A stretch of DNA of 63,715 nucleotides, counting the filler. It is 10 parts of 10 records of this genome, joined end to end, with 100 filler letters (N's around TTAATTAATTAA, not from the genome) between each part and the next. Parts side by side here need not be neighbours in the genome. Positions count along the whole stretch, not along the records: positions 1 to 5,228 come from SRR31147125_36569; positions 5,329 to 11,630 come from SRR31147125_36598; 8 more parts are not named here. One strand, written 5' to 3'. Below are positions 1 through 10,833 of this stretch, one piece after another. The notes beneath the pieces are model-generated. The model did not search any database, was not told the origin of the DNA, and saw only the letters and a program-made list of their open reading frames with translations. The first letter of the stretch is position 1. Every line of letters begins with the position of its first letter. Position numbers and translations under genes: made by a program.

Positions 1-29
1 AATCTATACTTTACTATGGTATAAAAAAA

Positions 30-50
30 TTACTTTAAACTTTAAAGTAA
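30..50. promoter_or_regulatory. Perfect palindrome, candidate regulator binding site
   Basis: TTACTTTAAA-C-TTTAAAGTAA upstream of the response regulator; the AT-rich background weakens significance. Confidence 0.35.
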
Positions 51-207
51 CAAATTAATATACAGTTAGATGTTCTTTTTAGTAAAATCATTCTGATTTT
101 TCATAAAAAACATCCTTATGCAAAGGTCTAAAATTGTTTTCATATTTTTTTCAAATATCTGTGGTAAAATGATATAGAAAATATAAATATATGAAGGAGT
201 TGTTGAT

Positions 208-860
208 ATGAAAAAAATACTCTTGGCAGAAGATGAAAAAAGAATGAGGTTTTTAATAAAAGATTATTTAACAGCAAGTAACTATGAAGTGATAGAAGCT
301 GAAAATGGAAGAGAAGCATTGGATAAATTTTATGAAGAAAAATTTGACCTTGTAATTACAGATATTATGATGCCTGAAATGGATGGAATTGAGCTTTGTG
401 AAGAGATAAGAATGTTGTCAAAAATCCCTATTATTATGCTGACAGCAAAGACAACTGATGATGACGAGATAACTGGTTTTAATTACGGTGCAGATGAGTA
501 CATAAAAAAACCATTCAACCCTCAAATACTAATGTTAAGGGTCGAAGCACTTCTAAAAAGAGTGTATACAGATGGAGAAATATTAGAGTTCTCTAATATA
601 AAAGTTGATACAAATGCACATGAAGTTACCATTGATGGTGAGGTTCAAGAGTTTAGTAAAAGGGAGTATGACTTACTGGCTTACTTTATGATAAATAAAG
701 GAATTACTTTAAGTAGAATGAAGCTACTTGATAATGTGTGGGGATATGATTTTGATGGAGACTCTAGAATTGTTGATGCTCATATTAAGAATTTGAGAAA
801 AAAGTTGGGAGTATTATTAAAACTGTTCATGGAGTTGGCTATAAACTGGAAGAAAAATAA
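208..860 (+). CDS. OmpR/PhoB-family response regulator (1-nt frameshift near 808)
   Basis: Receiver domain (LAEDE, DIMMPEMDG, LTAK, KPF) plus winged helix. The canonical end IIKTVHGVGYKLEEK* lies in another frame and stops at 860. Confidence 0.93.
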
Positions 861-889
861 GTTGAATAGTAGAAGATGAGGTTGGAAAA

Positions 890-2296
890 ATGAAAATAAG
901 AGAAAAGCTTGTAATAGGGGTTAATTTGATACTTTTGACGGTATTTGTCTTAATTTTGTTATTAAACAAAGCATATATAGGAAAATTATATATAAGCTTA
1001 AAGCAAATACAGGTTAAGAGAGTATTGAAAGCTATAGATAAAGGCGATGGAATTGAAAAAATAGAGAAAGAATATGAAGTGAGAATTATAGATATTGAAG
1101 AGGCTATTCAATTAGAAAATCAAATTTTTAGAAATGAAAGTAATAGGCAACGTGGAAAAGAAGGCCCAATGGATGATAATCCTTTTAGAAGAATTATAAG
1201 AAGAATGTCGGGTAGAGCTTCAGACAAACTTGAAAAAGGAAAAATAGTGGTTGAAATAATTGAAACAAAGGGAAGACAACCGGAAGCAATACTTTTAATG
1301 TTCAAAGATAAAAACAATAGAAAGCTTGCTGTTATAAGTCCGTTAACAAGAATAGATGAAGTGCTAGAGATTCTACAATATTATAGCTATATTTTATTAG
1401 TAATGTGTTTGCTAGCTCTTGGAACTGTACTCTCCGTATTTTCATATGGAATAGCGAAACCACTAATAAAAATAAAAGCGGTTGCTAATAAGATGGCTAA
1501 TTTAGATTTCAGCGAAAAAATAGATATCAAAAGTGGTGATGAGATACAGGAACTTGGTGAGAGTATAAATAATCTCTCTATTCAGCTGGAGACTAATATA
1601 GAGAGACTAAAAGGTGATATAAAAGAGAAAGAGAAAGCAAATGAAATACAGAGAAGATTCTTTAGTACAGTAAGTCATGAACTTAAAACACCGCTTGCGA
1701 TAATACAGGGTTATGCGTCAGGTTTAAAAGATAATATAGCTCCTGAAAAAGCAGGCTATTACTGTGAAGTGATAAATGATGAAGTTAAAGAGATGTCAGA
1801 CTTAATTACAACACTTCTTACTAAGATGAAACATGAAAGTGAAGCTATTAAAAAAGAGAAACTTGACCTATGTGAGCTTCTAAATGAGATTGTTGAAAAA
1901 TATCGAATAGATATGGATGAAAAAAATATTGATTTTAACATTAATTTAGATTGCAAAAAGATAATAAGAGCTGATAAAGAAGGGATTAAATCTACGATAG
2001 TTAATTTTTTGACAAATGCAATATCTTTCGTGGATAATGATGGAAGAATTGAAGTGAAAATAAAAGAGGAAGCGGGAAAAGTTGTATTCTCAATATTTAA
2101 CTCAGGGAGTCAAATCCCAGAGGAAAATTTATCAGATATTTGGAAACCTTTTTATAGGATAGAGGCGTCACAAAATAGAAAGTATGGAGGAACTGGTTTA
2201 GGTTTATCAATTGTAAAGGATATTTTAGACAAACATAGTGCCGAATATGGTGTAAAAAACATAAATAATGGAGTTGAGTTTTTCTTCAAATTATAA
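890..2296 (+). CDS. HAMP-domain sensor histidine kinase
   Basis: Two TM segments, HAMP (GDEIQELGESIN), H-box SHELKTPL, N box, G-box GGTGLGLSIV. Confidence 0.95.
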   Translation: MKIREKLVIGVNLILLTVFVLILLLNKAYIGKLYISLKQIQVKRVLKAIDKGDGIEKIEKEYEVRIIDIEEAIQLENQIFRNESNRQRGKEGPMDDNPFRRIIRRMSGRASDKLEKGKIVVEIIETKGRQPEAILLMFKDKNNRKLAVISPLTRIDEVLEILQYYSYILLVMCLLALGTVLSVFSYGIAKPLIKIKAVANKMANLDFSEKIDIKSGDEIQELGESINNLSIQLETNIERLKGDIKEKEKANEIQRRFFSTVSHELKTPLAIIQGYASGLKDNIAPEKAGYYCEVINDEVKEMSDLITTLLTKMKHESEAIKKEKLDLCELLNEIVEKYRIDMDEKNIDFNINLDCKKIIRADKEGIKSTIVNFLTNAISFVDNDGRIEVKIKEEAGKVVFSIFNSGSQIPEENLSDIWKPFYRIEASQNRKYGGTGLGLSIVKDILDKHSAEYGVKNINNGVEFFFKL

Positions 2297-2305
2297 TATT
2301 GAACG

Positions 2306-2339
2306 GCCTCTTTCAATAAAAATTGTTAAGAGGTTTTTT
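2306..2339 (+). terminator. Probable intrinsic terminator
   Basis: GCCTCTT...AAGAGGT stem followed by a T-run, just after the kinase stop. Confidence 0.55.
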
Positions 2340-2541
2340 CTTTTAGTAAATAAAATCTCACACAATATTCACATTTCAAATGTTTAATGTGTAAAAAAAT
2401 GTTAAAAAAGTGAAGGGATTTCCTACACATTATGTTCTAACTGTGATAATATAGATTATAGAAATGATAATTAATAATACAGTAAATGAAAGAATAGAAA
2501 GTAAAATTTACGAAAAAACCAAGAAAGATAAGAGGTAGAAC

Positions 2542-3651
2542 ATGGATTCGACAGCGTTAGATATTATTGCAGCAGTAATTAACTCATTAAAATATTCAAA
2601 TATAGAGAAATATCGATTTGTACAAAAATTTGTTGTTTTAACTAGCTATCTTACAAATTACCTAAACAAGGATATGCAATATACAGTTTCAATGGCAGCC
2701 TTACTAAAAGATGTAGGTGTTATAGGAAAAAATGAGAAAGAAAGAATGAAAAATGTATATAGATCAGCTGAAATAATTAGAATAATGCCAGAGATACTAC
2801 CAGCTCAATATATTATTGCCGATATTATTTTGGAGGTAAATGAAAGAATAGACGGTAGTGGAGCGTATAAAAAGAAAGATATCTCATATGAAGCACAAAT
2901 AATAGGTGTTGTAGTTGATTATCTGCAGTTAGGTTGTGTTGATGAATTGTTTAATCCAGAGAGATATAACCTGGAAATAGTGAACGCTCTTACTGAAGTT
3001 ATAAAAGAGATAGAAGCTAAGTTATTAGACAAAGAGTGGGTAAGTAATAATTTCAGTGAAATAATTAGAATAAATAGTCAAAATACAATAGAGATAAAGG
3101 GAGTAGAGGAGGAGCAGTTTTTAACAACCATAGCAGCGGTTATAGATACACAACATGAATATACAGGCGGCCATACTAGACGTGTTGCGACTTATAGTTA
3201 CTCTCTTGCAAAACATATGGGATATAGAGGAGTAAAGCTTTCTGAGATAAGATACGCAGCCTATCTTCATGATATAGGTAAATTGGCTGTAGATTTTAAT
3301 CTTTTGGATAAACCTTCTTCATTAACAAATGAAGAGTTTGAATCAATAAAGCAGCATGCGGAGTTATCTTATAAAATATTACAGGATTCTCCAACATTAA
3401 AAAACTTAAGATATGGAGCTTTGCATCATGAAAGAATAGATGGAAGAGGTTATCCATTTGGATTATGTGGAGATGCTATACCTGAGCAAGCTAAAATCAT
3501 AGCAATTGCAGATGTATTAGATGCTCTTACTTCTAATAGACCATATAGAAAGCCGTCGACATTTAAAGAAGCTTTGAAAATAATGGAAAAATCTATGGTT
3601 GGAAGTGCACTTGATCCAGCAATTTTTGAGGTTGCAAAAAAAGTTTTTTAA
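2542..3651 (+). CDS. HD-GYP phosphodiesterase with a degenerate N-terminal HD-GYP copy
   Basis: C-terminal GHTRRV, LHDIGK, HHERIDGRGYP; N-terminal LLKDVG and NERIDGSGAY lack the metal-binding His residues. Confidence 0.9.
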   Translation: MDSTALDIIAAVINSLKYSNIEKYRFVQKFVVLTSYLTNYLNKDMQYTVSMAALLKDVGVIGKNEKERMKNVYRSAEIIRIMPEILPAQYIIADIILEVNERIDGSGAYKKKDISYEAQIIGVVVDYLQLGCVDELFNPERYNLEIVNALTEVIKEIEAKLLDKEWVSNNFSEIIRINSQNTIEIKGVEEEQFLTTIAAVIDTQHEYTGGHTRRVATYSYSLAKHMGYRGVKLSEIRYAAYLHDIGKLAVDFNLLDKPSSLTNEEFESIKQHAELSYKILQDSPTLKNLRYGALHHERIDGRGYPFGLCGDAIPEQAKIIAIADVLDALTSNRPYRKPSTFKEALKIMEKSMVGSALDPAIFEVAKKVF

Positions 3652-3840
3652 AAATTAGATAAATTTGTAACATATGTTATTGGAATTCAGAAAAAATGTA
3701 AGTATAATATTTTAGAATACTTAGAGAGTATAGACTTATCATTAAAAAAAGCTTGTTGTACTTAGTTTTTTTAATAAATGTGAAAACATGATTTAAATTA
3801 ATACTGAGAAAAGACTTTTTTTATGGAAATGGAGGAAAAT

Positions 3841-4869
3841 ATGAAAGTTGCATTTTTTGATTCTAAGAAATATGATATTGAGAGTTTTACAAAACACAAT
3901 GAAAGTTTTAATTATAAATTGAAATTTTTTGAACCTAAATTAAATAGTGATTCTGCAATTTTGGCAAAAGGCTATGATGTTGTTTGTATATTTGTTAACG
4001 ATGAAATGAATGCGGAGGTTATTAATGAGCTGAATCAATATGGAGTGAAAATGATAGCTCTGAGATGTGCAGGTTATAACAATGTGGACTTTGAGGCAGC
4101 AGTAGAAAAAATAAAAGTAACTCGTGTACCAGCGTATTCGCCACATGCTGTTGCAGAGCACACAGTTGCTTTAGTTATGAGCTTGAATAGAAAGATTCAC
4201 AAAGCTTATATTAGAACGCGTGAAACAAATTTTACTTTAACTGGTTTAACTGGTTTTGATATGTATAGTAAAACCGCAGGTATAATAGGAACTGGTAAAA
4301 TAGCTAAGATAGTAATAAAAATATTAAAAGGTTTTGGGATGAAAGTTTTAGCTTATGACCCATACCCTGACCTGGAATCGGCAAAAGAGTTAGGTTTTGA
4401 GTATACTGATTTGCCAAACTTATATAAAAATTCAGATATAATCTCTCTTCATTGTCCTTTAACTTCGGATACAAAATATTTGATAAATAAGGATACTATC
4501 TCACAAATGAAGAAAGGTGTAATGATTGTTAATACAGGAAGAGGAAGCTTAATAAATACCCAAGACTTGATTAATGGTTTGAAGAGCGAAAAGGTAGGTT
4601 ATGCGGCTCTTGATGTTTATGAAGAGGAGAGTGAGTATTTCTTCGAAGATTATTCATCAGAGATATTAAATGATGATATTTTGGCAAGATTACTAACTTT
4701 TAACAATGTTCTAATAACCTCTCATCAAGCATTTTTAACAAATGAAGCTTTATCAAATATAGCTGAAACAACTCTAAAAAATATTAGAGAGTTAGAAGAA
4801 AATAGAAAACTCACAAATGAAATATCTTATGTTTGTAAAAATGGGGAATGTGGGATAAAAGAAACTTAA
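3841..4869 (+). CDS. ldhA: NAD-dependent D-lactate (D-2-hydroxyacid) dehydrogenase
   Basis: MKVAFF start, LRCAGYNNVD, VPAYSPHAVAEH, GTGKI, SLHCPL, DVYEEE, SHQAF; upstream in-frame ATG at 3823 also possible. Confidence 0.9.
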   Translation: MKVAFFDSKKYDIESFTKHNESFNYKLKFFEPKLNSDSAILAKGYDVVCIFVNDEMNAEVINELNQYGVKMIALRCAGYNNVDFEAAVEKIKVTRVPAYSPHAVAEHTVALVMSLNRKIHKAYIRTRETNFTLTGLTGFDMYSKTAGIIGTGKIAKIVIKILKGFGMKVLAYDPYPDLESAKELGFEYTDLPNLYKNSDIISLHCPLTSDTKYLINKDTISQMKKGVMIVNTGRGSLINTQDLINGLKSEKVGYAALDVYEEESEYFFEDYSSEILNDDILARLLTFNNVLITSHQAFLTNEALSNIAETTLKNIRELEENRKLTNEISYVCKNGECGIKET

Positions 4870-5078
4870 AAAACAATTAATCAACTTTTTAAGTTAAACT
4901 TCATAAGAATTTCATAAAAGTATTGTATAATATTTTCAGATAAAAAACTATATACTTTACTAAATCTTTACTAACATAAACTATAATATCTCGTAAGCTT
5001 ATTTAAGGTTAACAGATTAAATTTACGAGACTAATAGTTATTGTGTTTCTTTAGATTGGGAGTGCTAGGGAGAATTTA

Positions 5079-5228
5079 ATGCTTGAGATTCTTAGAAAAG
5101 AAAATGAAGTACTAAAACAAAAATTAAATAAAATAGGGAAGAAAAATTTATTAGAGAAGATGGAATTAGAGCTTGAAATTGAAGCTTTAAAAAGGAAGAA
5201 AAATCTTCTCAATCTTTTGATGCCAAAA
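5079..5228 (+). CDS. Hypothetical coiled-coil protein, 3' truncated
   Basis: GGGAG RBS, ORF runs into the spacer. Confidence 0.5.
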
Positions 5229-5328
5229 NNNNNNNNNNNNNNNNNNNNNNNNNNNNNNNNNNNNNNNNNNNNTTAATTAATTAANNNNNNNNNNNNNNNN
5301 NNNNNNNNNNNNNNNNNNNNNNNNNNNN
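5229..5328. other. Artificial contig spacer N44-TTAATTAATTAA-N44; further copies at 11631-11730, 17230-17329, 23392-23491, 29411-29510, 36910-37009, 42265-42364, 52615-52714, 57899-57998
   Basis: Identical 100-nt linker with stops in all six frames; base composition and apparent taxonomy change abruptly across each copy. Confidence 0.99.
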
Positions 5329-5356
5329 GTGGTGGTGGTGGTGGTGGTGGTGGTGG
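5329..5356 (+). repeat. (GGT)n microsatellite within an intron at the contig edge
   Basis: Run of GTG/GGT followed by branch point CTAAT and CAG acceptor at 5371-5373. Confidence 0.85.
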
Positions 5357-5373
5357 CTAATCTCCCACCCCAG

Positions 5374-7914
5374 GCAAATTACTATCGAAATGCCTTTCTC
5401 CACATCCTCTACCGCCAACTTTTCACGTGGTTGGTGGCACGACTCAATGAACTGCTGGTGCCATCAAGCGAGGAGAACTATGTAACCCTCGGAATCTTTG
5501 ACATGATGGGCTTTGAAAGCGGCAAAGTGAGAATGCGTCACTGTCCTGCTTTCAGTCTTTGAACCAATCCCTCAGAGGAATAATTTCGATGTTCTGCGTA
5601 TTAACATGATTTCAGAACGGGTGTTACTCCTCGTGAATGACTTCATGAGGTTTCAAGACAAGTACGGCAGGGAAACCGACCAATCAACCCACTAACCAAC
5701 TATCAGATTCGCTCAGTTCTCAGGACCATCTCTGGGCAGAGATGGGGTGAAATCATCGTGCATGCGAAACATGGAATGTCTTCACCTCCTTGACTCGCAA
5801 CGAGTATGGAGGAGAGGAGTGTCGTTGACACATTCTCCTCAAGAATTTGCACCCTCAGGGGAAGGCTCTCTCGACGTGCCTGGAAGAAGTTTCTTTCTCT
5901 CCAACAGGAAATGATACATCGTTCATGGAGTGCCTGTGCCGTCAACTACCCAAGCACACAGAGGGATCTCGCTCCTTCCAATTGCCCCATTCATTTGGAC
6001 AGGTCTGGGACATCCAGCTCTTGCGATTCTTGGAGTTCATTCGTGTGAGTCAGGTGACATATCAAAGCAATGGTTTCGTGGATCGCAATCGCAACATCTA
6101 TCCGTGTGTTGGGATTGTTTCTCTTGTGTTCTCTGTGTACCCATTTCCTTCTTCAGATATGAATTCGGTCAGGTTGTCCATGCGAGTTCAAGCCAATTCA
6201 TGCGGGAGCTCCTGGGTTCCCTCAAGGCCGACTCTCTTCCTCATTCCACAGCGCTCTCCGACTTGAAGGTTTGTCTGCTTTGGGCTTGTGTCCACTCATC
6301 CATTGCTTACATGTGTATAGGACGTTCTGGATGAGTTGGAGGCCGACATAACCGGACAGTCCGTCCCATTCTTTGTGATCTGCCTCAAGGCGAATCAGAT
6401 GCGTCAATCCCACCTGTTCGACGGGGACTTTGTACTCCAGCAACTCCGGACTTGGAGTGTCCTGGAGTTGTGCATTGTCCATCGTGATTATCGGTTTGTT
6501 TGTACACCTGAAGACTTTTTGGAAAGGTGAGGAGAAGGTGCTTGCAAGGGCGGCCTTGTTGACACATCAATGCAAGATACAAACGATTCTTTCATGTACC
6601 GGACGCCTCGGACTGTATTGAATTCGCTGCGCATGTTCTAGTCGAATTCACCAATTCAGTCCACGACTTTCGTTTTGACCAAGGGCTTCTTGCCTTGAGT
6701 AATAACGGGTATGAAATCCTCGAGAAACACCGAGGGGAGGTGCTGGAGAGGAGTGCACGAATTGTACAACGTGTGTGGCGACAGTGGCGACAGCAACAAC
6801 AGCGACGGCAAGGCGAGGCAGATTCTGGTGGGGCACCTTCGGCTGATTGGGTCCAATGGGCCATGTCGAGAGAATCACAACCACCCGTTTCCGATGAGTC
6901 ACCTCCTGCTGCCGCAGACGATTCGCCCCTTGACACGGGTGTGGACACAACACAAGAAGAAATCGCACCACCTTCCTACTCTGCGGCCATGATCAGTATT
7001 CTACTGGATGAGAGCACTGCACCGGACGCTGTTTCACCACAGAGACCCGTTCCTGCCCCGGATACGCAACATGCCTCCCTCCCACCTCCTCTAGCGCTAT
7101 CCCCGGAAAGGGGCTCAAGAAATATGCACACTCCCTCTCCAACCACTGCGATCTTTACTCCTCGCGCCCGAAAGTCCAAGGAGGTGACCCTTGGGCTGAG
7201 TGCTGCCGGTATGGCGTCTGTTGAAAATGAAGTGCACTCAATGATGGTGGAATCAATGGCCTTGACGTTGCGGGTGCGTGTACTTTTCATGCCAATTCCG
7301 TCTTTCAATACCCATGCGTTCAGTAGAGTGGGACGGTCATGCAATGCTTCTTGACGAAACCGAGAGGCGGCGAGAGTCCCTTACAACCCGTATTTGTCAA
7401 GCTGTCTGATGACAGACAACGCATTCTTCACACTCCCATATCTTCTTCGAATCGACTTCCCTCCACGATCCGTTGTGATACACCCAGTGCGTGCCGTGTG
7501 TGAAGGAGAGGAAAGGAATCCACAGAATCTGAGGGACGGAGTTCTTTGTAGTTCTTCTTCGTGACATCTGGCGCTTGTCCGTCCAATCGGAATCCGATTG
7601 CGCGCACGAGGGCACATCAACACAATTGGCCTTCACATTGGTGATGCCATCCGGCAATTTCACGTTTGTGGCAGGAAATCGTGACGACTATGTAGCGTGG
7701 ACAGATGGTCTTCGAGCGCTTGCTCGGCTTGGTACGATCCCCCGCCCGTCCATGTATGCCTCCCACTCACATCACACACAGGTAGTATGCAAGAACCAGA
7801 AACACGACGGTACACACATGTTTGGTTATTGGGTTCTTGTCGTGTGACACCACTTCAATGTGCAGGGAGATTGACATGTTAACGGAGATTGAGGCCGAAC
7901 TCCGTTTAGAATGA
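5374..7914 (+). CDS. Spliced eukaryotic gene, 5' truncated: divergent myosin motor C-half, IQ motif, Pro-rich linker, ELMO-type PH domain
   Basis: Exons joined at GT-AG introns give LYRQLFTWLVARLN, GIFDMMGFE, NNFDVLRINMISE, PFFVICLKAN, VLQQLR, IVQRVWRQW, then DCAH...LAFTLV...WTDGLRAL...EIDMLTEIEAELRLE*. Confidence 0.85.
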
Positions 7915-7946
7915 CACGCCACGCATTACATTCTTTGCAGTCCTCT

Positions 7947-9533
7947 TCATATGTGCAATGTGTCAACCACCATATTGTAGAGCGCTTCGTTCACGTTCCT
8001 CCACCGTTCCCCCTCCTCTCGCAAGTGTGAAACTTCGGTTTGGAGTGGCTCAAGCTGAGCCTCGACGTTTTCCCGCATTCCCACAGTCTGGAATGCGGTG
8101 TCAACGATCTGATTTGGAAAGGTTTCGTCAACACACACGAACCATAAGCTGACGAGTTCCCTGTAAGACATGAGAATCCACTATGTCCTCGTTCTCGTCA
8201 TGATCCGGTACATCGGCCTTCAACAAACACGGTACACCAATCCCGTCACGCTCTGTGGCATATTTGCGAAAAATGGCAAGCGGCAAGGGGGGTGTTTCGA
8301 ATTGAGAAGAGAGACGGGGTGGCTGAGGTACAACAAGGGCCGATGTGATGGGTCCTGCACACACGTACACACGTACACACACACACGGCCGTGAGGGCGG
8401 CGGCCGCATCCCATCTAACACCCACCTCGATGTCCTGAAAAGATACGGAGAACGAGCCGTGATGTTACGTCCCATACACGCGCCGTACCATCTTCGGATG
8501 TTGAGAGCATGAGCATTCCATCCGAACTCACACGCACAGAGGAGATTGCCAGGCTGGTATTATACGTAAGTAAATCACACCTCTCCGCGAACTGCATCAA
8601 CACACGTGTGTCCCACAAAACACGAAGGCGTATCCTCGCCTCTCGTCTTGATTCCGAGTAGATCCCACATGTAAATCATTCCATTCATACATCCAGCAAA
8701 GAGCTGTGTTTCTTGTGGATCTACGTCCACTGCGACCACAGCAGCAGGAAACAGAAAGGAGGCCAGAAGCGTTCCTGTCGCTGTGTCGTACACTTTGGAC
8801 GTATGGTCCAATGAAGCCGTATACACGCGTGAACCCACTCCTCCTCGTAGACACGTGATAGGAAGGGTGTGTGAGGACCACGAATGCACAGGTGCAAGAG
8901 GAGTTGAGTCGAGGAGACTGAGTCACTTCGTCATGCACACACACACACACACGACGACAACGACAACAAGGACGATACGCACTCGCATAATCGCCAGACA
9001 TGGATAATTGCATCCTCACCTCCCGATACCAGACGAGAACCTCCATCGACAAACGCAAGACTCCGCACCGAACGATAATGTGCATTCCACGTGCGTAACA
9101 ACAACCCCGACGTCGTCTAGGGTGCGTATTGTTCCTCTTTTGTGCACAAAGAAGCCCCACGAACACATCCCGTCCGTACCTGCCACACAAACGCCTGCCC
9201 CGACTTCCCACCCGCTACACAATACGCTCCATCCGATGATACCACAAGACACGTCATGATCTCTGGGAGGATACAGCGTCGCAAACACTGAGGCTGCGAG
9301 ACAGACGTCGGGACACAACGTTCCCGACACGTCGAGTGGGCACGCACACGACCCCACGCCCAAAAGTGCAGGGCAGGCCGATCTCCTTGTGCTGCCACCA
9401 CGAAATCACCACACACAGACGCTAGTGCCGCGGTCAGGCCACTTCCCTTCAAGGGTCCTAAGGATGTTCCTGTACGTAAGGACCACACATGGATGTCCTC
9501 ATGGGATGCAGTCAATACGACGTCTTCCTCCAT
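7947..9533 (-). CDS. WDR18: Spliced WD40 protein WDR18/IPI3 (rixosome, pre-rRNA processing)
   Basis: IHVWSLRTG, AAQGDRPALHFW, ILPEIMTCL, WNAHYRSV, SGGEDA, HTLPIT, TASLDHT, SEDGTARVWD, C-terminal coiled coil; several short GT-AG introns. Confidence 0.85.
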
Positions 9534-10757
9534 GGAGGACGAAGGAATGAGAGGAATTTACGTACAAGACATGTGTTTGGACAAGAGATCGGCCAGATCC
9601 TGCTTTCCCGAACGATACGCACAATCTCGTGTCGTGGCATCCACCTGTCACCAGACGCATGACTAAATTCTCGTACACCATTCCCTCCACTACCACCTCC
9701 TCCACCAACATTGGCTCCATGATCAAGAAGTAAGACAGAGACACTCACAACATCTTCTTCTGGTTCCTTTGACAAGGCCGCAAGTTGTAGGGGTGTCTTC
9801 CTCCCCACCTGATCCGATCATCAACCAATTGATCCATGCATCTCAAGCAGCACACACATGCACACACATTTGCACTGCACACATTGACGTAGGCTCCACC
9901 TTCAAGCAACAGGGATGTCATACGATGATCCGCTCTTCGTGCAGCATTATGCAACGGAGACCATCCCGCCTGTCCGTTCTCCGTTGCCCCAAAGGGATCG
10001 ATCCCCACCAACCTTCGCACCTTATCGACGGCATGAACATTTGCACCATGTTCTAGAAGCGCGTGCACTACATCTGCGGAACTCATGTCTGTCGCAAGGA
10101 TCAACGGTGTTGCACCTTCCTAGGTGGCGACATGCAACGTCGGAAGATCTGTCCCGATCGATCCACCCAAACACACGTAAGCGGTTGTGGCGTTCACATT
10201 TGCTCCATTCTCCAATAGAAGTGTGATGAATGCAGGATCTACATGGGGATTTGTACACACAAGATGGAGTGGTGTTGCACGGTCCTGCAAAGGCGGAATC
10301 AAGCACCGCCGATCCATCCATCAACCCACCAGTGTTTGTGCATCAACCATCGCCCCGTGTGCGAGAAGCAGGCGACCTATAGCAACATAACCATTCCGAG
10401 CAGCGTCATGAAGGGGCGTAGAAAGGTTCTGGATCGTACGGAGATCAGATGCTTGCAAGGGAACGAATCCCTCCTCCACACCCTTTCCACAAACGCAGCG
10501 TTGACGTCTCCACCCCCAGCAACCAGTCGTTGAACAAGTCGAACTTCCCCATGCACAGCAGCCCAGTGGAGGAGTGTGTGGGTGGACGGAACCACCACAT
10601 GAGCGAGTTCTTGACACTGGATCCAGAGTTCGTTGTCTACAAGGGTACGCCACATACGACAGACTTGTGACGCCCGTGCAAGGGACATCGGATCGTCCAG
10701 AAGACACGCCAAGATGGATGCTACGATCTCTTCAGGGAGGGCTTGCCAGGGCACCAT
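9512..10757 (-). CDS. Spliced F-box plus ankyrin-repeat protein (about 6 repeats)
   Basis: F-box LPEEIVASIL...SQVCRMWR...LW; ankyrin motifs TLLHWAA, TPLHDAA, TPLHLVC, TPLILA, SPLHNAA, TPLQLAA; exact 3' end uncertain. Confidence 0.82.
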
Positions 10758-10833
10758 GGCCAGGAGAGGAGAAGAGAGGAGGAGAGAGGAGATTGGGTGC
10801 GTGGCATTCCCCCTCGTCGGAGATCCTCTGGGG

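Noticed and set aside
4989-5030. Riboswitch or sRNA (TCTCGTAA...TTACGAGA stem)
   Set aside because: Only one stem and no recognisable aptamer consensus
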